DNA of 64,000 bases from a virus (IMGVR_UViG_3300002834_000024:160001-224000); one strand, 5' to 3'; shown: positions 53,307 through 58,831, counted from the stretch's first letter. A program made the numbers and translations. Notes: a model not told the origin generated them from the letters alone.

Positions 53307-53383
53307 TTTATTTGGTTTTATACTTTTTTTGGAATATTATTGCATTACTTTTAATATAATATAATTATCAAAATTTTAAATAC

Positions 53384-53827
53384 ATGGCAGCAAGTAAATT
53401 TTTTCCAATGAGTGAGGATATTGTAGATTTAATCCTTGATGTAATGAAAGATGATACACCCTATCTGGCGACATTAGGTCTTGATTTTACTTATCTTGGA
53501 GTTGCAAAACAACCATCAATAATTAAAGTATCAAAGATTGCACCAATAGCTGAATATCTTATTGAAAAGGAAACAATTGTAATAACAATTTATGAACAAG
53601 CATTTGAAATGCTAACACCAGAATATAAGAAGATGGTTATAGCACATGCGTTAAATTCAATTGAATATGATTCAGATAAAGATAAATTGAATATTCGTGG
53701 AAATGGTGGAACAGCCATTGATGAAGGGATATACAACAAATATAAAGAAACATCTGTACTGGCAGTATTTGCTGGCGAACATGCAATCAGACAAATCGAA
53801 GAAGATAAGAAAAAAGATAAACAATAA
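53384..53827 (+). CDS. Phage metallopeptidase-like protein with a degenerate HExxH
   Basis: W/F-x-x-L-x-x-x-x-K-x-x-V-I-x-H pattern, but HALNS in place of HExxH. Confidence 0.45.
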   Translation: MAASKFFPMSEDIVDLILDVMKDDTPYLATLGLDFTYLGVAKQPSIIKVSKIAPIAEYLIEKETIVITIYEQAFEMLTPEYKKMVIAHALNSIEYDSDKDKLNIRGNGGTAIDEGIYNKYKETSVLAVFAGEHAIRQIEEDKKKDKQ

Positions 53828-54150
53828 TGGACAAAATTGAAATTAGAGTTGGTATTGGTTTGGATAGTATAACTTTTGCTATATTACCATCCAGAAGACA
53901 ATATATAAATAATTGTTATCCAGATACAATTCAAGCAAACTATGTTACCATTAACTATGATATTAATAAGTGTGAAAATGTTGAAAACTTTATTTTGAAG
54001 TATAAACATAATATTTCCACAATCTTATTTGGAATAGATAGTCAAATTGTTTTATCTGATGATAAAGTTAGAGAAATACAATTTGTGTATTCCAAAGACG
54101 AAAAAATATTATATACCTATACAATGTCAGATCATTGTAGAAAAATATAA
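53827..54150 (+). CDS. Hypothetical protein
   Basis: ORF with TAATG overlap. Confidence 0.55.
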   Translation: MDKIEIRVGIGLDSITFAILPSRRQYINNCYPDTIQANYVTINYDINKCENVENFILKYKHNISTILFGIDSQIVLSDDKVREIQFVYSKDEKILYTYTMSDHCRKI

Positions 54151-54154
54151 TATA

Positions 54155-54304
54155 TTATTTAGTTCTGATAATAGCACGTCTTGTATTCACTCTTGGAGTA
54201 ACCCCACCATAGTTACCATTAGGTTTAACCCCAATATTTCTTGGTGCTTGTTTTTGAACCTGTGTTTTAACAGCTGGTACAGCTCTTTTTGAACAATTGC
54301 ACAT
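54155..54304 (-). CDS. Small basic protein (49 aa, not in ORF track)
   Basis: MCNCSKRAVPAVKTQVQKQAPRNIGVKPNGNYGGVTPRVNTRRAIIRTK; TATTTATA on the minus strand at 54322-54329. Confidence 0.6.
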   Translation of the reverse strand: MCNCSKRAVPAVKTQVQKQAPRNIGVKPNGNYGGVTPRVNTRRAIIRTK

Positions 54305-54419
54305 AATATTAATTATTTTAATATAAATATGATTAAAACTTGGAATATTGAAATATTTATACTATATTTATAAATGAAATTACAGAGGTAATTCAAGAAA
54401 AAAGAAAATAACAAGGTAA

Positions 54420-54515
54420 AGGAAATTCACAGCAATTTTTTAAAAATTAACAATTATTCAATTCAAAGACCGTAGGGTTGATCTATCGGGATCAACAAAC
54501 AAAAACAAATTTCCT
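54420..54515 (+). ncRNA. ACAGCAA stem RNA, unit 1
   Basis: AGGAAATT/AATTTCCT closing stem, ACAGCAA, internal GTTGATC/GATCAAC hairpin, 3' T run. Confidence 0.55.
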
Positions 54516-54527
54516 GTCTTTTTTAAA

Positions 54528-54586
54528 GGAAAACTAACAGCAATTTTTAAACATACAAATTTTAGGCGTGTATTAAAGAGTTTTCC
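54528..54586 (+). ncRNA. ACAGCAA stem RNA, unit 2
   Basis: GGAAAACT/AGTTTTCC closing stem, ACAGCAA, ATACA/TGTAT hairpin, 3' T run. Confidence 0.55.
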
Positions 54587-54645
54587 GTTTTTTTTTTGAA
54601 AATTTAGAAATAATCAATATATTTATATTTGATTAAAAATTATAT

Positions 54646-54717
54646 CGTGGGATGGAGAAGTGGTATCTCGTGGGGCCCATAACCCCAAGATCGCAGGATC
54701 GTAACCTGCTCCCGCAA
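54646..54717 (+). tRNA. tRNA-fMet (CAT), initiator type
   Basis: C1:A72 mismatch, A11:U24, GGG/CCC anticodon stem; atypical C33 and T-loop ATCGTAA. Confidence 0.9.
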
Positions 54718-54727
54718 CAAACTTATA

Positions 54728-54792
54728 GGAAAACTAACAGCAATGTTTAAAAACCATCATTCTGAATCAATGACGACATTAAAATGTTTTCC
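54728..54792 (+). ncRNA. ACAGCAA stem RNA, unit 3
   Basis: GGAAAAC/GTTTTCC closing stem, ACAGCAA, TCATT-CTGAATC-AATGA hairpin, 3' T-rich run. Confidence 0.55.
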
Positions 54793-54813
54793 GTTATTTT
54801 TTAAAAATTGAAC

Positions 54814-54821
54814 TATTTATA
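54814..54821 (+). promoter_or_regulatory. Putative late promoter TATTTATA driving leader 1
   Basis: Same motif precedes many late-type genes and leader 2. Confidence 0.5.
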
Positions 54822-54842
54822 ATTCTAAAAGAAATTAAAAAA

Positions 54843-54977
54843 ATGTTTTTAGTAACAATGACATCTTATATTCAAAATTCTATCAATTTACGTGGTGGAA
54901 ATAAGAATAATAAACCCTTTGGTGATGATGAACAACCAAAAGGGCAAGACCTGTTATTGCAAAAATTTGAAACATAA
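54843..54977 (+). CDS. Attenuator leader peptide 1 (44 aa) for tRNA operon 1
   Basis: MFLVTMTSYIQNSINLRGGNKNNKPFGDDEQPKGQDLLLQKFET; core residues match the downstream tRNA set. Confidence 0.75.
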   Translation: MFLVTMTSYIQNSINLRGGNKNNKPFGDDEQPKGQDLLLQKFET

Positions 54978-55006
54978 ATGAAGATATAAGTTTCCATAGT
55001 TTTTCA

Positions 55007-55065
55007 GAGAACTCTCAATAACAAGGTCAAGAATAGGGCAAGTTATTGGGAGTTTTCATTTTTTT
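55007..55065 (+). terminator. Attenuator terminator 1 (competes with antiterminator 54948-54959 : 55016-55028)
   Basis: 16-bp stem GAGAACTCTCAATAAC/GTTATTGGGAGTTTTC plus T7. Confidence 0.8.
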
Positions 55066-55108
55066 AACATCCAGTTCAAAAGAGTTTGAATAATTTGGAT
55101 TACTTTTG
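55064..55108 (+). promoter_or_regulatory. Bipartite promoter TTAACATCCAG-N26-TACTTTTG just upstream of tRNA-Glu
   Basis: Conserved motif and spacing. Confidence 0.7.
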
Positions 55109-55118
55109 TAAAAAATAT

Positions 55119-55193
55119 GGCGGTATCGTATAACGGTTAGTACGACTGACTTTCGCTCAGTAAATAGGGGTTCGATTCCCCTTACCGCTACCA
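55119..55193 (+). tRNA. tRNA-Glu (TTC)
   Basis: Cloverleaf; ACTGA-CTTTCGC-TCAGT; encoded CCA. Confidence 0.92.
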
Positions 55194-55198
55194 AGAAA

Positions 55199-55210
55199 GT
55201 TCTTTGAAAT
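55199..55210 (+). promoter_or_regulatory. boxA-like antitermination element
   Basis: GTTCTTTGAAAT resembles rrn boxA. Confidence 0.45.
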
Positions 55211-55217
55211 ATAAAAT

Positions 55218-55289
55218 TCCCCTGTAGCTCCAATGTAGAGCGACAGACTGTTAATCTGTGGGTTCGTGGTTCAAGTCCACGCAGGGGAG
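55218..55289 (+). tRNA. tRNA-Asn (GTT)
   Basis: Cloverleaf; ACAGA-CTGTTAA-TCTGT; G73. Confidence 0.92.
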
Positions 55290-55297
55290 CTAAAAAA

Positions 55298-55374
55298 CGA
55301 AAGGTAGAGGAGTCTGGTTCCCTCGTCATCTGATGTGCAGGTGGAGTACAATGGTTCAAATCCATTACTTTCGA
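55298..55374 (+). tRNA. Atypical tRNA-like gene with a Pro-type body and an abnormal anticodon arm
   Basis: C1:G72, A73, D-loop AGTCTGGT, T-arm AATGG-TTCAAAT-CCATT; anticodon arm TCATCTG-ATGTG-CAGGTGG. Confidence 0.6.
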
Positions 55375-55381
55375 CTAATAT

Positions 55382-55457
55382 CTAGATGTATAGGAGTCTG
55401 GTTTATCTAGCTCGCCCTGGAAGCGAGATCACGTTGGTTCAAATCCAACCATCTAGA
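55382..55457 (+). tRNA. tRNA-Pro (TGG), atypical C33/A37
   Basis: CTCGC-CCTGGAA-GCGAG; C1:G72, A73. Confidence 0.85.
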
Positions 55458-55464
55458 CACAAAT

Positions 55465-55538
55465 GCAGGTGTCGTATAACGGTATTATTATATCTGGCTT
55501 CCAACCAGAGGACGTGGGTTCGATTCCTATCACCTGCT
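55465..55538 (+). tRNA. tRNA-Gly (TCC)
   Basis: TCTGG-CTTCCAA-CCAGA; U73. Confidence 0.92.
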
Positions 55539-55548
55539 CAACAAATAT

Positions 55549-55621
55549 GGGATTTGTGGTGTAATGGCTAGCATATAACACTGTCACTGTTAAGGTTGGG
55601 GTTCGAGTCCCCCAGATCCCG
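55549..55621 (+). tRNA. tRNA-Asp (GTC), apparent 8/4 acceptor/T-stem fold
   Basis: TAACA-CTGTCAC-TGTTA; GGGATTTG/CAGATCCC; G73. Confidence 0.88.
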
Positions 55622-55629
55622 CAAAAAAA

Positions 55630-55702
55630 CGAGTAGTCGCACAGTTGGTAGTGCGCTTGGTTTGGGACCAAGAGGTCGGGAGTTCGAGTCTCTCCTATTC
55701 GA
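55630..55702 (+). tRNA. tRNA-Pro (TGG), canonical
   Basis: CTTGG-TTTGGGA-CCAAG. Confidence 0.93.
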
Positions 55703-55718
55703 CATAAAAATAGAAATT

Positions 55719-55766
55719 ATGAAGAAGATTTTTAAAATAAAACGAAAACATATGCAGTCCCCATAG
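55719..55766 (+). CDS. Mini leader peptide 3 (MKKIFKIKRKHMQSP) before tRNA-Lys/Arg/Gln
   Basis: AT-rich leader; five Lys codons, then Arg and Gln; stop codon inside hairpin 55759-55784. Confidence 0.55.
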   Translation: MKKIFKIKRKHMQSP

Positions 55767-55799
55767 TCACTATCGGCTATGGGGTCGCTATCAGGCTAT

Positions 55800-55870
55800 T
55801 TCCTCATAGTTCAATGGTAGAACTCTACACTTTTAATGTAGATATTCAGGTTCGATTCCTGATGGGGAAA
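55800..55870 (+). tRNA. tRNA-Lys (TTT)
   Basis: CTACA-CTTTTAA-TGTAG. Confidence 0.92.
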
Positions 55871-55902
55871 CAAAAAAAAAATAGATATATGATAATTAAT
55901 AT

Positions 55903-55974
55903 GGTTTCATAGTTCAACGGATAGAATATTTGACTACGGATCAAAAGATGAGGGTTCAAATCCTTCTGAAATCA
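55903..55974 (+). tRNA. tRNA-Arg (ACG)
   Basis: TTTGA-CTACGGA-TCAAA. Confidence 0.92.
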
Positions 55975-55985
55975 CAAGCATATAT

Positions 55986-56057
55986 TGTCCTATGGTGTAG
56001 TTGGAAACACACATCCCTTTGACGGATGTATCTTTTGTTCGAGGCAAAATGGGACAA
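55986..56057 (+). tRNA. tRNA-Gln (TTG)
   Basis: CATCC-CTTTGAC-GGATG; U1:A72. Confidence 0.9.
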
Positions 56058-56076
56058 CAAATTAAAATATAATGTT

Positions 56077-56379
56077 ATGGATAAAATAATGATGTTTGAT
56101 AAAGAACATGAAGTTCTTGTTAGTAATGATACTAATGGATTAGTATGTGAAACTGAAATGATGAATATGATTGGGAAATCAACAATTCCAGTTTTTATGA
56201 ATAGAAAGCAAAAATTAGAAGAACATGCAAGTTTGTTGTTAAATGATTTAGATGTTGAAATTATTCAATCACATCCAGTTGAACCATCTAAAATTCATGT
56301 AAAAGTAAAATCATTTGAGGATTGGAAAGAATCTATAAAAGATATACCGCCAATTGGAGTAGTAACCATACCTAATTGA
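56077..56379 (+). CDS. Hypothetical protein
   Basis: ATG 56077 lies downstream of tRNA-Gln. Confidence 0.55.
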   Translation: MDKIMMFDKEHEVLVSNDTNGLVCETEMMNMIGKSTIPVFMNRKQKLEEHASLLLNDLDVEIIQSHPVEPSKIHVKVKSFEDWKESIKDIPPIGVVTIPN

Positions 56380-56393
56380 TAATACCATCTAAT

Positions 56394-56438
56394 TTAACAT
56401 CCAGTAAAATTTATTTTTATATAAGTTTATTATTTTTG
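56394..56438 (+). promoter_or_regulatory. Bipartite promoter TTAACATCCAG-N26-TATTTTTG
   Basis: Conserved motif and spacing. Confidence 0.75.
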
Positions 56439-56471
56439 TATCATTATTAACACAAATAATTTAAAAAAGTT

Positions 56472-56819
56472 ATGAGAATTGCATTTAGGCTTTGTGATAA
56501 TACAAAACAGTTAAAAACAACTGATAAAAATGCACATGTTTTTGAAAGAGTAGATGATACATTCATAATTCCAAGAAAAGGTGATGTAGTTGTTTTTTTT
56601 GGTATAAAATATGAGGTAATTTCAGTAGAATTTACCTATAAAGAAATATCATTATTAAATATGTATCATGATGAAGCAAAGAAGATTTATCCATTTATTG
56701 TGGGACAAGATGATAAAATAACAGATACGGTAACTGTTCATTTATTTGAATATAGTCCAAAAATAAAGAAAAAGGGGTTTATTCGCACACTTCTTTCACA
56801 TGGGTTTACTAATTTTTAA
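56472..56819 (+). CDS. Hypothetical protein
   Basis: ORF after promoter; IPRKGDVV motif. Confidence 0.6.
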   Translation: MRIAFRLCDNTKQLKTTDKNAHVFERVDDTFIIPRKGDVVVFFGIKYEVISVEFTYKEISLLNMYHDEAKKIYPFIVGQDDKITDTVTVHLFEYSPKIKKKGFIRTLLSHGFTNF

Positions 56820-56848
56820 AATTCATATTTATAAGAAAATATGTTTTT

Positions 56849-57088
56849 ATGGAAAAAATTGAAAATATTATAAAAGAAACTATAACTGAATATGTTTTGC
56901 AACCAGAGGGGTTGGATCAAAAGATTAGAAATAAATTAACACCAATATATAATCTCATTGAAGTATTAAAAATGTATGATAAAGATCCAGATCCAAAAAT
57001 ATGGGCGTTTATTATGAAAGAAAACAGTATGGTTGAAAAATCTATTCAAGAGATATTGGAATTAACAAAAGATTATCAACACACTTAA
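56849..57088 (+). CDS. Hypothetical late protein (IENIIKETITE N-terminus)
   Basis: TATTTATAAGAAAA at 56826. Confidence 0.6.
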   Translation: MEKIENIIKETITEYVLQPEGLDQKIRNKLTPIYNLIEVLKMYDKDPDPKIWAFIMKENSMVEKSIQEILELTKDYQHT

Positions 57089-57102
57089 AATCATATAATG
57101 TT

Positions 57103-57315
57103 ATGACAGAAAAACAGAAACAAAAAATTTGGAATTTCAAGGATACCAATCTTCAACAATGGCAACATGAAAGAACTATTGTTGAAAATGAATTATCTAA
57201 TAATCAATCCATGTTTTGTGTTTGTGGTAAATTAGCCACAGGATTTCATGAAATGAATTGTAGAAAATTCAATGATAAAGTGGATATAGAAACTCTTAAA
57301 AGATTAAAATTATAA
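57103..57315 (+). CDS. Small Zn-binding protein
   Basis: CVCG...H-x-x-x-C. Confidence 0.55.
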   Translation: MTEKQKQKIWNFKDTNLQQWQHERTIVENELSNNQSMFCVCGKLATGFHEMNCRKFNDKVDIETLKRLKL

Positions 57316-57317
57316 AA

Positions 57318-57362
57318 TTAACATCCAGAACACTTTTTATTAATATGTTATGTTTATCTTTG
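57318..57362 (+). promoter_or_regulatory. Bipartite promoter TTAACATCCAG-N26-TATCTTTG
   Basis: Conserved motif and spacing. Confidence 0.7.
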
Positions 57363-57415
57363 AGTAATTTTTAGAGATAAAAGGATATTTATTTAGTAGA
57401 AAAGATAAAAATAAT

Positions 57416-58147
57416 ATGATTATGAACAAAGATAAAAAAGACTTGATAGTTGAGAGTTATAAGAACAAATTTTCCTTTTTACTTGGATATGATCCAGAAA
57501 TTGGGGGCGAATTGATAGAAGCAAACCACCATAATTTTATGTCAGAAATTATGGGACAAGATTCATTCAATAAACAACCAATGCAAAGATTAGATGAAAT
57601 AACAACTGACAGATTGTTAGGAAAACATTATGAAAATGGATTTGTTATTCTGTCAGCATCAAGGAGTGAATTATCCGATGCAGAAAATGTAACACGAAAT
57701 CAAAAACTTTTAAATATTTTACAAAGTAGTAGTAATGTTTTTTCATTTTTACCAGTCTATGGTGGATATATCGAAAATAAGGGTACAGAAAACGAACAAC
57801 GTGTTTTTGAAAGAAGTTTTGTAATCTTGAATTTTGATAAAAATGGTAATGTTGGAGATTTTGATGATTTAATGAGTTTTTCACAAGAACTTTCTAATCG
57901 TTTTCATCAAGAAACATATCTTATCAAAAAACCAGGTAATGCACCACCATATTATATTCGTACAAAAAGTGGCAAGGTAGATTGGGAATTTACTGGTGAA
58001 ATCAAAATAGATGATTTAACACAAAAATATTTTACCCGATTAAGACAACTTGGAAAACAATTTACATTTGAAGGTGTTTATATTAATCCAAAACCAATGT
58101 GTTATAGTGAAAGACATTGTAGATATTTGAAAAATGAAATATTTTAA
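57416..58147 (+). CDS. Putative S-adenosylmethionine lyase (T3 SAMase-like) with N-terminal extension
   Basis: ILSASRSELSDAEN-x-x-R, GGYIE, FERSFVI, F-HQE motifs follow the order I recall for T3 SAMase (VSAFRS-x-L-x-D-x-x-N-x-x-R, GCYRE, EEKTV, WEQD). Confidence 0.6.
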   Translation: MIMNKDKKDLIVESYKNKFSFLLGYDPEIGGELIEANHHNFMSEIMGQDSFNKQPMQRLDEITTDRLLGKHYENGFVILSASRSELSDAENVTRNQKLLNILQSSSNVFSFLPVYGGYIENKGTENEQRVFERSFVILNFDKNGNVGDFDDLMSFSQELSNRFHQETYLIKKPGNAPPYYIRTKSGKVDWEFTGEIKIDDLTQKYFTRLRQLGKQFTFEGVYINPKPMCYSERHCRYLKNEIF

Positions 58148-58189
58148 CATCCAGAAGATTGTTTTTTAAAAAAATTGTTTGTACTTTTG
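58144..58189 (+). promoter_or_regulatory. Bipartite promoter TTAACATCCAG-N27-TACTTTTG
   Basis: Conserved motif and spacing. Confidence 0.7.
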
Positions 58190-58195
58190 TATCAC

Positions 58196-58412
58196 ATATA
58201 GAGTAATCTATATTGTTTAAATTTAGTTATGAGGATGTGGACTGAATTGTGTGATGTATGTCATTGCAAAATGCACAATTCAAGGGATACAGCAAGACAG
58301 CTAACAAGGTGAATTAACATCAAAGGGTGAAAATCTCACAAACATAAGGTTGAAAGCCCGTAAAAGAATTTGATGCGTGTTGATTGTGTAGTAATTATTT
58401 TAAACTTTTTTT
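58196..58412 (+). ncRNA. Candidate ~200-nt structured ncRNA
   Basis: Own promoter, GTAA-capped 5' hairpin, closing stem, two internal domains, 3' T run. Confidence 0.45.
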
Positions 58413-58432
58413 TAAAAATTGAATTTATTGAC

Positions 58433-58440
58433 TATTTATA
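58433..58440 (+). promoter_or_regulatory. Putative late promoter TATTTATA driving leader 2
   Basis: Similar context (A/G-ACTATTTATAAT) to that before leader 1. Confidence 0.5.
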
Positions 58441-58463
58441 ATAAAATTAAAAATTTTTTAACA

Positions 58464-58574
58464 ATGAAACGATTTAGTTTACATATTAGTATTACCTTAT
58501 CAGCAATGGCGTATTGCTGGTTGGTGTCTTATTGTACACTTTTTACACATTTTGGTGGAATTGTTTCAAGTTAA
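58464..58574 (+). CDS. Attenuator leader peptide 2 (36 aa) for tRNA operon 2
   Basis: MKRFSLHISITLSAMAYCWLVSYCTLFTHFGGIVSS; residues 4-30 are exclusively the 12 amino acids of the downstream tRNAs. Confidence 0.8.
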   Translation: MKRFSLHISITLSAMAYCWLVSYCTLFTHFGGIVSS

Positions 58575-58605
58575 TATTATATGAAATAAAGATAGGAAAG
58601 ATTAT

Positions 58606-58662
58606 AATCCCCTTGAAACAAATTAGTCAAAAAGTGATGAAAAGTTTTAAGGGGATTTTTTT
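58606..58662 (+). terminator. Attenuator terminator 2 (competes with antiterminator 58561-58570 : 58612-58621)
   Basis: 14-bp stem AATCCCCTTGAAAC/GTTTTAAGGGGATT plus T run, ending 2 nt before the first tRNA. Confidence 0.82.
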
Positions 58663-58664
58663 AT

Positions 58665-58736
58665 TGTGTTATAGTTCAGTGGTAGAACAGGTGTTTCATA
58701 GGCATCAAGTCGGGGGTTCAAATCCCTCTAACGCAA
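58665..58736 (+). tRNA. tRNA-Met (CAT), elongator type (Ile2 not excluded)
   Basis: GGTGT-TTCATAG-GCATC. Confidence 0.85.
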
Positions 58737-58746
58737 CAAATATATT

Positions 58747-58831
58747 GGAGAGTAAACCTGGACATGGGTTAGGGACCGCCTGCTAAGCGGATCGTTCCGC
58801 AAGGAATTTGGATCGAGACCAATGCTCTCCG
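58747..58831 (+). tRNA. tRNA-Ser (GCT), apparent 8/4 fold, T-loop ATCGAGA
   Basis: CCGC-CTGCTAA-GCGG; long variable arm; G73. Confidence 0.85.

Noticed and set aside
54420-54792. Mini-CRISPR array
   Set aside because: Units are closed by long-range stems of variable length and interleaved with a tRNA; no constant repeat/spacer period.
55027-55671. Track ORFs 55027..55365 (-), 55386..55571 (+), 55453..55671 (-)
   Set aside because: They overlap tRNA genes and are shadow ORFs from GC-richer tRNA sequence.
56026-56076. Track start of the 117-aa ORF
   Set aside because: It lies inside tRNA-Gln; ATG 56077 is more plausible.
58196-58412. 6S RNA, hammerhead ribozyme or c-di-GMP riboswitch identity
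   Set aside because: Branched rather than rod-like; no CTGATGA core or riboswitch consensus recognised. Kept only as an unassigned candidate.
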